Assembly: GCF_030144855.1 (NCBI RefSeq)
Contig: NC_082712.1
Coordinates: 124,062,001-124,126,000 of the forward strand
Reading direction: 5' to 3'
Length of the DNA: 64,000 bases
Source: Hypanus sabinus
Lineage: Eukaryota
Below are positions 38,125 through 50,418 of the stretch, one piece after another; the stretch's first letter is position 1, and each line of letters starts with the position of its first letter. The notes beneath the pieces are model-generated. The model was not told where the DNA came from. It searched no databases and saw only the letters and a list, made by a program, of their open reading frames with translations. The translations under genes and the position numbers were made by a program.

Positions 38125-38538
38125 GTGGTCACCTTAGGGATGAATATGGCGTGTGTCAGCATGGTCTGTTGTCGACTTTGCCTGTGAACTTTGGACATTT
38201 CCAGCACTTGAACCATTTGGATCTGAGTTTCAACCGCTTCATCTCTTTGCCTGAATGCCTGACGGAACTGAAGGAACTCACTGTGCTTCTGCTAAGCCAC
38301 AACCAGCTGGCTGCACTGCCCAACAGCATTGGGAAGCTGGTGAAACTCTCTTTTCTCTCCCTGATGAAAAATCAGCTGAGGATGTTGCCTGGAAGCATCG
38401 GTGAACTTGTAGCACTTAAGAGAGCAGACCTATCTGAGAATAAACTGGAACAGCTTCCTGACGAGGTCGGAAAATTGAGCAGCTGTACTTGGATAGACTT
38501 TTCAGGGAATCGATTAAAAACTCTGCCATCCACACTCG
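38125..38538 (+). CDS. PIDD1: PIDD1 LRR exon (414 nt)
   Basis: GHLRDEYGVCQHGLLSTLP...HLDLSFN...LLLSHNQL...LKTLPSTL with tandem LxxLxLxxN repeats. CCAG| acceptor, G|GTGAGT donor. Confidence 0.95.
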
Positions 38539-38993
38539 GTGAGTCTCGTTACCTGCGTATAGATTTAACTTGAGTTTAGGATTGTCTCATTGCTGTAAGA
38601 TCATTAAGAACATTATGGGTTAAGGATCTGTGAAAATGTTGAGTTAAAAATGAGCTAAAATGTTTGAATTAAATTTTTATTACAGACTACTATATTTGTA
38701 ATGCCAATACTAATACACATTTGGTATATGTAACATTTTCATAGACAAGTTAGTGTTAGACAAATCAATGCTTTGAGCAGATCATTTATGGTTAGAAGGA
38801 GCACCTAAACAACAGGTTAGAAGCTTCGTTAATACTTTTCGTGTTCTGCATTTTGAGTTATTTTTGGTTTGCTTTAATTTTTTAAGAATTTGGTACAAGA
38901 TCAGATAAGTTTAGATGTTGATGTATTGTGATAACAATAAATTTTTTAAAAAGCATTTATATGTGATGCAAGTCTTGATTTGCCTGCTTGCAG

Positions 38994-39197
38994 CAAACAT
39001 GGCGTCCCTTGGGGAATTACATCTACACAGCAATCAACTCGTAACGGTTCCAGCTGAGCTTGCTAACCTCCCCAACTTGTCAAGACTTGATCTGCAAAAC
39101 AATTGCCTACGCTCTGTGCCCCCTGAGATCCTGAACTTCCCCTTTGTGCATTTGAAGGGCAATCCGATAGGGGAGGCAGAAGACCCTGAAGAACAAG
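38994..39197 (+). CDS. PIDD1: PIDD1 LRR exon (204 nt)
   Basis: ANMASLGELHLHSNQLVTVPAELANLPNLSRLDLQNN...PFVHLKGNPIGEAEDPEEQ. TGCAG| acceptor, G|GTATT donor. Confidence 0.94.
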
Positions 39198-40015
39198 GTA
39201 TTGCATCGATAGACTGTAGTTTATTTCACTGGCTGCAACAAAAGCATGCTCTAGAAACGTTGTTGCATGTCCATAAACTGAGAAAAGCTTGGCAATGTCC
39301 CTTTTGGGCTAAGAGACATTCTGTAATGTGAAATTTGCAGCCCTTGTTCCTGTCAACATTAAGTTGCTTCCCCTCAGAAATTTATTGGAATTAATGTTTG
39401 CAGACGTTGCCCTGAAACCACTTGGTGTTTCTCCCTTATAGCCCATCTTCACCCCTTGGTTTGTGGTTTAGTTCTGAGAGGGGGGAAGTGCCACATGCTC
39501 ATCTAAGACAGTGGGCTCCCTGTCCTTTTGCCCTTTGCTCTGAACATCAAGACCAATGGTCATGTTCGTAAGATGTGTTAGCACAACAGAAACCAGGGTT
39601 CAGAGCAGCAACTCTTCCACTCACCATGTTTACAAGTCACTGCTTTAAAATTCAAATTATTGAAAGGAATTCTGATTCTTTGTAAGCATGCACTCATTTC
39701 TCCACCTCACCAGTGTCTGATTTTTTTTCTCCTTGACACTGCTAAGTTCTGGGTAAATGTTTTGGGAGCACATTCACTGTATTAAGAATACAACCATTCG
39801 CTCTCCCCCGGTCAATGTACAGTACATGGGAATAGATCACATCTTATATTTCTTTTCCACCTACACCCCTTCATGCACCCCTTCATAACTATCTGCTTCT
39901 GCTCCACACATCCTCAATCAAGCTGACTGTGATTGGGAACCAAATAAGTAGTAGGCCATTGATCTGCAAGTCCTATTATTGATCCGATAATTAGTAGTGT
40001 CTGGTATTTTAAGGT

Positions 40016-40815
40016 TCAAAGTTCAAACTTAATATCAGAGAAATGTATACAATATACATCCTGAAATGCTTTTTCTTCGCAAACATCCACGAAAACAGAG
40101 AAGTGTCTCAAAGAGTGAAGGACAGTTAAACGTGAGAACCCGAAGTTCCCTCCCCGGCTTCCCCCTCCTGCACATAAGCGGCGGCGAGCAACAATCCCCC
40201 CTCCCCCCACTGGCAAAACAAAAGCGCACAGACTACCGAGCACAAGCGTGTGCTATGTGATAACAAAAACAGAGACCAAAGTTACCCCGAGGGCTTCGCA
40301 TTTCATCCAAAATTTGACAACCCACAGGTTCTCTCTCTCCCTGGCAAGGGAGAGGGAGGTGTCCCCCATTTTTACAGCGAGCGGGAGACATAACAAAAAC
40401 CAGCTGGTTTACGATGTTAAAAGTCTGTTTGTCGCTTTTATCAAGCTCTGTGTCTGAAGGTTGCAAAGACCTTGGGTCTTCGGGCCCACAGTGAAAGATT
40501 TTCCAGCCTTCCCGGTGACACATGAGTCTCCTCCCGTGACGTCAACCCTCGATCCGCCCGTTTCCAGAGCCCTGAGATCTTAGGCTTCCGAACACAATCA
40601 AGACTCTCAGGCCAAACCCTTGGCATGTCGAATAGCAGCCAGTCATGGAACCCCGAGAACTGGTCCCATTCCCGCAAAGAACCGAAGCCTGCATGTAACT
40701 CCAGGGTCTTCAAAAGATCCCGGAAAGGGAAAAATAGAGATATTAAAGGTAGAAATAGAGCTGCTTCTGAAGATGCAAGCAAAGGAGTCGTCGTAAGGTG
40801 CCATCATCCCTCCTA
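40016..40815 (-). mobile_element. Unclassified CpG-rich retroposon with a Rex1-family-like 3' tail
   Basis: - strand ends ...CAGGATGTATATTGTATACATTTCTCTGATATTAAGTTTGAAC, similar to the tails of the Rex1-like copies. CpG-rich body with no coding signature. Confidence 0.45.
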
Positions 40816-41404
40816 AGCTTTTCATTTTCATCTCAATAGGGAATTCTAAAGCTAACATCTATCGTTAATGCCTCAAGCAAGCAGCTAGAATTAGATTTGC
40901 AAGTGAAACGTACAAACGTTAGTACAGTAGCCCCTATCCACTTCACCACCTTTTAAGAATACAATTTTATCATCAGATCTTAATCCAGGACTGTTAATGA
41001 CCCCTTGTTTATCACGTATCAATCTTTCTCTGCCTTAAAAATTTTTTCATTAATTCTAATTCCACTGCCCTTTGAAGAAGAGCTCCAAAAACTCATGACT
41101 CTCAGAGAAATAAATCATAATATCGCTCTTAAATTTGGAATCCCTTTTAGAACGCCCTAGTTCTAGATTATCCCACTAGAAGAAACATACCCTTCATGCT
41201 TTCAAAATTCTTCAAGGTCTAATATGATTCAGTAAAGTTCCCCTGGATTTTCTAATCTTCAACAAATGTGAGCTGAACCTACCCAGTTATTGCTCATAAG
41301 ACAGTCTGACCATTCTAGATATCAGTTTGGCAAACTTTCTCTGAACTGCTTGCAATGCATTTCTGATATAAGGAAACAGTATTGTATTACAGAAGTGGTT
41401 TCAC

Positions 41405-43015
41405 TGTTGTGCTATAAAAAGTATTCACCCCTTTTGGAAGTTTTCATGTTTTATTGTTTTACACCATTGAGTCACAGTGGATTAAATTTGGCATTTTTTA
41501 ACACTAATCAACAGAAAAGTCTCTTTGTGTCAAAGTGAAAACAAATTTCTACAAATTGATCTAAATTTATTGCAGTTGTTAAACACAGAATAATTGAAAG
41601 CATAATTACTTACCCCCTTCAAGTAGGTATTTAGTAGATGCACTTCTGTCGGCAGTTACAGCCCTGAGTCTGTGTAGATGGGTTTCTATCAGCTTTGCAT
41701 ATCTGGACTGCAATATTTCCCCATTCTTCTTTACAAAACTGCTTATGCTCTGTCAGATTGCATAGAGATCGTGAGTGAACAGCCCTTTTCAAGGCCAGCC
41801 ACAAATTCTCAATTGGATTTAGGTCTGGACTCTGATTTGGCCACTCCAGGATGTTAACTTTGTTGTTTTTAACCATTCCTGCGTAGCTTTGGCTTTATGC
41901 TTGGGGTCATTGTCTTGCTGGAAAACAAATCTTCTCCCAAGTTGCAGTTCTCTTGCAGACCGCATCAGTTTTCCTCCAGGGTTTCCGTGTATCTTGCTGC
42001 ATTCATTTTACCCTGTACCTTCACAAGCCTTCCAGGGCCTGCTGCAGTGAAGCATCCCACATAACGTAATGCAACCGTCACCGTACGTCACAGTAGGGAT
42101 GGTGTGTTTTTGATGAGGTACAGTGTTTGGTTTGTGCCAAACAGTATTTAGTTTGATGGCTAAAAGCTCAATTTTAGTTTCATCATGCCGTAGAACCTTC
42201 TTCCAGCTGACCTCAGAGTCTCCCACATTTCTTCTGGCAAACTAGCCGAGATTTCATGTGAGCTTTTTTCAACAGTGACTTTCTCTTTGCCACTCTTCCA
42301 CAAAACTGTGACAGGTGAAGCACTCGGGCAATAGTTGTATGCACAGTCTCTCCCACCTCAGCACTGAAGCTGGTAATTTCACCAGAGATGTCATAGTGGT
42401 GGCCTTCTCCACTCGTCCCTTCCTACACGGTCACTCAGTTTTTGAGTATTGCCTCTATGCAGATTTACAGCTGTGCCATATTCTTTCCATTTCTTGATGA
42501 TTGACTTAACTGTTCTCCAAGGGATATTCAATGATTTGGAAATTTCCTAGTATCCATCTCCTGACTGGTGCTTTTCAAAAACCTTCTCATGGAGTTGCTT
42601 GGAGTGTTCTTTTGTCTTCATGGTGTAGTTTTTGCCAGGATACTGACTCGCCCGCAGTTGGACTTTCCAGATACAGGTGTATTTTTACTACAATCAATTG
42701 AAACACCTTGACTGCACACGACAATCTCAATTTAATTAATTATGTGACTTCTAAAACCAATTGGCAGCACCAGTGATGATTTGGTGTGTCATATTATAGG
42801 GGCTGAATACTTATGCAATCAATTAGTTTGTGTTTTGTATCTGTTATTAATTTAGATCACCTTGTAGAGATCTGTTTTCAATTTGACAAGAAAGGATTTT
42901 TTTCTGTTGATCAGTGCCAAAAAAAGCCAAATTAAATCCACTGTGATTCAATATTGTAAAACAATAAAGCATGAAAACTTCCGGGGGGGGGGGGGAATAC
43001 TTTTTGTAGGCATGG
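41405..43015 (-). mobile_element. Full-length decayed Tc1-like transposon (IR/DR-type long TIRs)
   Basis: About 210-bp inverted repeats with outer and inner AAGTATTCACCCC-like direct repeats; TA at 43016. Transposase runs from ATG 42621 with WKKVL..DETKIEL, PTV.YG and LEWPNQSPDLNPIENLW; it is frameshifted. Confidence 0.9.
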
Positions 43016-43359
43016 TATCTGAAGCATACTTTCATATTTAATTCCCATTACAATAAAATGAGTATTCAACTTGAGCAGGGTGCTGGAAGCCAACCCATCC
43101 TGTCCTTGCTTTCAGCAGAATCGAAGAGATTTGTTGCATTTATCTATTCAGGGAACAGCTAACGTTAATGCATAAAGCATTGATCCTGGGGTCTTGTGTT
43201 CAGACTGGTTTAATTCCACACTGGGGATTTTTCTCCAACCAAGTCAATGAGGTACCCCCTGCTACTCCAAATATTGTTGCAGTTGTCTCCTTGTTAGTTA
43301 CAGCCCGGTATGCCACTGGTGTAGGTCCTCCATCTCTGTCATCGGCCATCTTTGGCAGC

Positions 43360-43780
43360 TTTGGGCCTGTACTCATGGAATTTAGAAGAATGTGAGAGAT
43401 CTCATTGAAACCTATCAAATGTTGAAAGCACTAGATAGGGTGGATGTGGAGAGGTTGTTTCCTATGATAGGGTATCCAGAACTAAAGGGCGCAGCCTCAG
43501 AATTAAGTGCGACCTTTTAGAACAGAGGTAAGGAGGAATTTTTTTAGCCAGAGAGCAGTGAATCTCTGGAATGCTCTGCCACAGACTGCGGTGAAGGCCA
43601 ACTCTGTTGGTATATTTAAGGTGGAAGTTGATAGTTTCCTGATCAGTCAGGGCATCAAAGGATATGGTGAGAACACAGGTGAGTGGGGTTGAGTTGGACC
43701 TGGGATCAGCCATGATGGAATGGTGGAGTAGACCCGATGGCCTAAATATACTCTACTGTGCCCCATATATGGTTCATATT
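43360..43780 (+). mobile_element. CR1 3' end
   Basis: RPFRTEVRRNFFSQRAVNLWNALP motif. Confidence 0.8.
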
Positions 43781-43916
43781 TAATGTACACATTGTGTCAA
43801 TCTATTTGAGATCTTAAATTTTGCACCAGTTCTTGGCAGGGAGACCTTTTTGATTAAGACTAGCACAGTAATTCCATAGGAAAAATGAGCAACCAGCCAT
43901 TTGTGGAAAAAGTTTA

Positions 43917-45510
43917 AAAACATAGAAAACCTACAGCACAATACAGGCCCTTTGGCCCACAATGCTGTCGAACATGTCCTTACCTTAGAAGTTACCATAG
44001 TTCTCTATTTTTCTAAGCTCCATGTATCTATCTAAAAGTCTCTTAAAAGACCCTATCATATCCGCCTCCACCACTGTTGCCGGCAGCCCATTCCACGCAC
44101 TCACCACTCTCTCCATAAAAAGACTTACCCCAGACATCCCCTCTGTACCTACTTCCAAGTACAAACGTACTTTAAAACTTTGCCCTCTCATATTAGCCAT
44201 TTCAGCCCTGGGAAAAAGCCTCTGACTATCCACATAATCAATGCCTCTCATCATCTTATACACCTCTATCAGGTCACATCTCATCCTCCATCGCTCTAAG
44301 AAGAAAAGGCCAAGTTCACTGAACCTATTCTCATAAGGCATGCTCTCCAATCTAGACAACATCCTTGTAAATCTCCTCTGCACCCTTTCTATAGTTTTCA
44401 CATCTTTCCTTTAGTGAGGTGACCAGAACTGAGCACAGTACTCCAAGTGGGGTCTGGCCAGGGTCCTATATAGCTGCAACATTACCTCTCGGCTCTTGAA
44501 CTCAATCCCACGATTGATGAAGGCCAATGCACTGTATGCCTTCTTAACCACAGAGTCAACCTGCACAGCAGCTTTGAGTATCCTATGGACTCGGACCCAA
44601 AGATCCCTCTGATCCTTTATACTGCCAAGAGTCTTAACATTAGTACTATATTCTACCATCATATTTGACCTACCAAAATGAACCACCTCACTCTTATCTG
44701 GGTTGAACTCCATCTCCCACTTCTCAGCCCAGTTTTGCATCCTATCAATGTCCCACTGTAACCTCTGTCAGCCCTCCACACTAACCACAACACCCCCAAC
44801 CTTTGTGTCATGAAATTTACTAACCCATCACTCCACTTCCTCATCCAGGTCATTTATAAAAATCACAAAGGGAAGGGGCCCCAGAACAGATCCCTGAAGC
44901 ACATCACTGGTCACCGACCTCCATATGGAATATGACCCGTCTACAACCACTCTTTGCCTTCTGTGGGCATGCCAATTTTGCATCCACAAAGCAAGGTCCC
45001 CTTGGATCCCATGCCTCCTCACTTTCTCAATAAGCCTTGCAGGGGATACCTTATCAAATGCCTTGCTGAAATCCATATACACTACATCTACTGCTCTAAC
45101 ATCATCAATGTGTTTAGTCACATCCTCAAAAAATTCAATCAGGCTAGTAAGGCACGGCCTGCCTTTTACAAAGCCATGCTGATTATTCCTAATCATATTA
45201 TGTCTGTCCAAACATTCATTAATCCTACCTCTCAGGATCTTCTCCATCAACTTACCAACCATTGAAGTAAGACTCGCTGGTCTATAATTTCCTTGGTTAT
45301 CTCTACTCCCTTTCTTGAATAATGGAACAACATCCACAACCCTCCGATCCTACAGAACCTCCCCTGTCTCCATTGATGATTCAAAGGTCATTGCCAGAGG
45401 CTCAGCAATCTCCTCCCTCACCTCCCGCAGTAGCCTGGGGTATATTTTGACCGTTCTCGGTAACTTATCCAACTTGATGCTTTCCAAAAGCTCCAACACA
45501 TATTCTTTCT
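43917..45510 (-). mobile_element. CR1 LINE, about 1.6 kb 3' part
   Basis: PLFKKGSRDNQGNYRP, QHGF, VYMDFSKAFDKV, QGSVLGP and RPHLEYCAQFWSP motifs. Confidence 0.92.
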
Positions 45511-45512
45511 TA

Positions 45513-46434
45513 GGCTACATCCACACTAGACTGGATAATTTTGAAAACGCCGGTTTTGCATAAAAACGATAGACATCCACACCAAGCGTTTTTGAAAATA
45601 CCTCCGTCCACATTAAAGCGGGTATTTGGGCGAATCACCTCCTAATGGGCATGTGCAGGACACATCTACAGTAAACAAACAACATGTTTACTGTTGAATC
45701 TCGCTGTGAAAGTGCGGGTTTGTGCAGTTACAGACTAGACATACTTAAAAGGAAATTGCCAAACGATGGACAGCTGTTGGCTCTCGCGCAGGAGGACTTA
45801 AAACTAAAAAAAAATACTGGAGCTTATGGAGGCAACCGACAGGGAGTTCACGGACTATATGACCCGGCTGACAACGAACATTGAAAAACTGACTAACTCT
45901 GTTGCATTAATAAAGCTCCTTGTTACATGTGTAAAACATGTCTGCATCAATATTATCTTGTATTTCCATAATGTTACATTAGGCTGTCATACATCTATTG
46001 TCAGAGAAGTACTTGCATAAATAGGTAAACCACCTTCATACGAGCAAGGACAAAAAAACAGGGCAAAGTGAATATACTTATTTATTCAGTAAGTTATGGG
46101 TGAAAGTATTTGGTGAGTACATTTCTAACTCTTCTGGCTTCAGTTTCGTTACCATCTGTTCTGAACTTGTTAGGTTACATTCAAGAAAACAATGAAATGC
46201 CACGCTGTTGCCACAATCTGTTCCAGCACGTCATGACAGCGTTTCTAGAAATCTCTGGTTACCGTATCTACACTACTCTGCCCAATCGGCGATTTCAAAT
46301 TTACACACTCTAGACGGCGTTTTAGAAAAGCTCCGTTTTTGGGGAGGAAAACGCCGTTTCAGTGTGGACGGAGGGTCAAATCGAAGAGAAAAAGCTTCGG
46401 TTATGGATTTATCCGGTCTAGTGTGGATGTAGCC
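45513..46434 (+). mobile_element. PIF/Harbinger non-autonomous element (922 bp)
   Basis: TIRs GGCTACATCCACACTAGAC(T/C)GGATAA at both ends, TTA/TCA flanks, subterminal TCCACA(C) repeats. Confidence 0.85.
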
Positions 46435-47063
46435 TCAGTCTGCAGTTTCTTCTCAGCTAATACCATAACCAGAGATCTTTGTCACATTTTACACAAATTA
46501 CATATTTGTGTACAGTTATTACATATTAACACCTCAATTCTTTAACAGTTAACCAAATTTCTCATCGCACCTTATGATTGCAGGCTTAGAATTATTCACA
46601 GATAAAATATTGAAAAATGTGTTTGATTCTGTACTACCCTAAAGGAGGACTGATGCTAAAGTAGCTTTGATATGACTTGCTCTTTATTTTATTCTTGTGC
46701 AAAGGCAGTTTGTTTGTGAGATGTTGGAAAATGCAGTTCAAAGGGTGCTCAAGACACTAAATTATTATGAGTGCTCCGTAGAATTATTCAAATAAATTGT
46801 TAGTGTAAATGGAGTGATATCAGCGTCCTCTCCCAGAGTTGACATTCCCAGCAGTGAAGCCCTAATTACAGTCAATCAATGGGAATATTGTTCAGATATC
46901 TCACACTTTATTCTCAAAATGTGCATTGTACTCCAAGCTCTGTCATAGGAAAAAATTATTATCAGGTGAAAGTATTTCAAGGATGTTCTCAAAGCCTCCT
47001 TGAAACAAATTAACATCTTCAACATGTTGGAATCTCTGGTCTGTGGCTACTCAAAATGGAGAA

Positions 47064-47478
47064 CAACACACACAAAATGCTGGTGGAACACAGCAGGCCA
47101 GGCAGCATCTATAGGGAGAAGCGCTGACGACGTTTCGGGCCGAGACCCTTCGTCAGGACTAACCGAAAGGAAAGATAGTAAGAGATTTGAAAGTAGTTGG
47201 GGGAGGGGGAAATGCGAAATGATACAAGAAGACCGGAGGGGGTGGGATGAAGTTAGGAGCTGAAAAGGTGATTCTCCAATCATTTCGCACTTCCCCCTCC
47301 CCCCACTACTGTCAAATATTTTACTATCTTTCTTTTCAGTTAGTCCTGACGAAGGGTCTTGGCCTGAAACGTCCACAGTGCTTCTCCTTATAGATGCTGC
47401 CTGGCCTGCTGTGTTCCACCAGCATTTTGTGTGTGTTGTTTGAATTTCCAGCATCTGCAGATTTCCTCGTGTTTGCTG
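47064..47478. mobile_element. Palindromic Penelope-like insertion (two inverted pLTR arms)
   Basis: Arms at about 47064-47223 and about 47279-47439 are near-perfect reverse complements. Perfect 11-bp TSD AAAATGGAGAA at 47053-47063 and 47479-47489. Confidence 0.88.
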
Positions 47479-48562
47479 AAAATGGAGAAGGAGCCTTCAG
47501 GATGGCACTGAGAACCCAGTGTTCCTTTGGAGTATTATGCTCAATAATGCACTGTGTAATGATTTGATTTATATGAACTACATGCAAGACAAGCTTTCAC
47601 TGAACCTTAGTACATGTGACAATAATAAAGCAATTCCCATTCCAAACAGAGCAACCCCCCCATACTCCCGTCCATTTCCCCAGTCAAGTCCCCCCTGGCC
47701 TCTCTGTGGCAGAGTCTGACATTTCCAGGTTGACCTTTGAACTCAGAGAAGTGGAGCGGAAGCAAGTCATACTTGACTCTATGGGATTCCTGAAGAAGTT
47801 CTCAGCGCTCTGCTTTGTTTGTTTTATGGTACTGAATTAAATGTGCCACGAGAGGGCAATACATTCTGCTTTTCTCTTTCCAGCTACTCTTGAGGGTTGC
47901 AGAGTGAATGAGGAATTGTGGTTTCTTCACAGTTCTCCAAAACGTACTGCAATACTTGTGTGGGTCCGAGGGAGTCACACCAGTGCAATGAAGAAATGAT
48001 TAAAGAATACTACAGCTAGGAAAATTCCCAAAAGAAATTATAGTTATAATTCCAAGGCAACAGGACACAGTATTCCATCTTCCATAAATGATTTAGGTTT
48101 GCTTTTCTCTGTGGGCAATGGCACAGGAGCTTAACTTTTAAAAATGTTGGACATTTGCTTAGTACAACTGGGGTAACAAGAAAAAATCAATTTTAGTATT
48201 TACCTCACTAAAGTGTTAAAAATTCGATTTTTGTGTTTGTGTGTTAATTTACTACTTCCATCAGTTGATGTTTTCCCTCCATTAGCCAGCATGAAGCTGA
48301 GTACCATAACAGGTGAAGTTGTAATTTTTAGGGTCAAGTGGTTCACATATTTCTCCGCAAGCCCTTCATCATTTTGTTTCATTTGTGTAATGGGACAGTT
48401 CTAGTACTGAAGTGGGAAATTATTTTCCGGGACTGTTCTTATGCAGCGTCCATTATTTGCTGGCAGTTTTTGAAGAGGTCTTGAAATCATTCAGTGATAA
48501 TTAATATGAATAAGTTGGTAATATTTCATTTAATATTCCATTTGTTTTCTCATTTTACACAG

Positions 48563-48617
48563 ACCAGGACAAACCAAAAGAAATCGCTATCCGATACCTT
48601 CCATCTAATGCAGAGAG
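48563..48617 (+). CDS. PIDD1: PIDD1 linker exon (55 nt)
   Basis: (D)QDKPKEIAIRYLPSNAE(S). Strong acceptor TTTTACACAG|, donor AG|GTACT. Exactly bridges phase 1 to phase 2 between its neighbours. Confidence 0.85.
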
Positions 48618-48703
48618 GTACTGTTCAGTTATTGGCTGATTAAATTAGCCATTTCATTTAGATGCACTGTGGAAGCTAAATGTACTATTCTGATATGTTC
48701 CAG

Positions 48704-48905
48704 CTTCACTGTTACTGCTGAGGGTTGCAATGTTGCTTTGCCCTGTGGGATTGAAATCAATTTCCCACCTGATGCTGTTTCTTTGGTGACCGTGATCTCT
48801 TGCAATGTCATAGCCCCGGACCCTCAGCAGGTGAAACTCGAGCATCATGACTTCTTACTGAGCCCTGTTCTGGAGCTACTTCCTCATGGTATACAATTTA
48901 AAAAG
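48704..48905 (+). CDS. PIDD1: PIDD1 ZU5-1 exon (202 nt)
   Basis: SFTVTAEGCNVALPCGIEINFPP...HDFLLSPVLELLPHGIQFKK. TTCCAG| acceptor, AAG|GTAC donor. Confidence 0.95.
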
Positions 48906-49044
48906 GTACAAACTCTTCATCTAAATACGTATGTTGGAATTTTTCCTGGAATTGCTTGTAGTAGGGTGGTCAGTGCTTTTTAATATGCATGAATTATTCT
49001 GAAGTGAATCATTTTGAAACTACTAGGTCTAATTTGTATTAGCA

Positions 49045-49869
49045 CAGTAGGTTCCAGTTAATTAGGCCATCGGTTAATCGAGGCAGCCACTTATTTAGGA
49101 CAACTCTTAAAAACAAAAACTACTCGAGAAAATAGTTGGGATTCCCTTGGTTTATTTGGGACACTATGCTGTTTAATTAGGGCAGGAGGCAGTTGCCAAA
49201 TAGTTTCCAACGAGCATCAGTCACATGTACTTATGTGGCCATTAGACACTACATCGTACTTAGAGTAAACTGTTTTACTTGCGTGTGTTCCTGTTCAAAA
49301 AGTGATTTTTGTCACTGATATTTGGCAAGAAATAAGTAGTAAGGCAATTTGGAATTGTTTTGCTTACTGTGGTTCTAAGCATTCAGGATTGGAGATTCCA
49401 GAAATGGCTAGGAGTGAAAATGAAAGAAAGTTCCCTACTTCAACTAGTTAAGAATTACGAAGAATTTAAAGGTATCGATAATCTTCTTGAATGTTTCAAT
49501 AAACATGAAGATTTGGAAGATGCAATTGTCTAAAGCATTGAATGACACCAGTTCATTATCTGCACTAGGAGTCTACATTGATTTTGTTCATTTACAGTAA
49601 ATCAAAGTAACATGGTAACATACAGCAGATGAATTCCTCCCATCTATAACATTAGGAACTAGTATGCAGTTTTATGGTACTGTAGAGATATAGGTAGTGC
49701 TCCAATATTTTCTGTATTTCATTTAAATACACAAATTTTACTCAATTAAACAGTTTGGCTTTTTTATAGTTTTTTAACAATTCCATGAACCTTCTGCTAA
49801 TTAGGACAGCTGCATAATTGGGCCAAAATGTACTGGTCCCAAAGTGCCCCAATTAACTGGAATCTACTG
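49045..49869. mobile_element. Tigger/pogo-type non-autonomous DNA transposon
   Basis: TIRs CAGTAGGTTCCAGTTAATT / AATTAACTGGAATCTACTG (18/19), TA on the right flank. Confidence 0.75.
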
Positions 49870-50307
49870 TATAGCCTCAGATAATTGTTGTAGTGAGGGA
49901 TGTTAGTAGATAGCAAAATGTTTGTAAATTTGTTTTAGAGGTTTAGCAATGGTGAATTGCATACAGCTAGGCACTACAGATTGAGAGAGGAATTTCCCTT
50001 TTTTCCTAATCAGATATTATGAACCGAATGTCTGATTTGTGTCGAGTCTGTAATGTGGGAGCAGTTGGTTGACTTTTGGGTTTTAATGGTAAACTGTAAT
50101 CCAGACCACATCAATTGTACATACACATAACTTTATAAGGCAAGTTATTGTTCAGTGCCTGATGTAAGGCATAGAAGAATTATAACGTTAATGCACACAA
50201 ATAAGATTAGTATGGATGAGCAAAAGGTTGACGTGGATTTGTTGGGTACAAGGGCCCATTTCTTTGTCATAGGACTCTATTACTGTGACAAATTTCCCTT
50301 TGTACAG

Positions 50308-50418
50308 GAAGTGGTTATTTGGATGCCATATATTTCTTCTCGTTCTGGCCACAAAAGAGAAGTTGTGATGCGAACATTCAATGGAAGCTGGAATAATTTG
50401 GAGACCAAGGTTTCTAAG
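50308..50418 (+). CDS. PIDD1: PIDD1 ZU5-1 exon (111 nt; an alternative in-frame donor after 50409 is possible)
   Basis: EVVIWMPY...KREVVMRTFNGSWNNLETKVSK matches REVVVRT...W.DLET. TACAG| acceptor, AAG|GTACC phase-0 donor. Confidence 0.85.
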
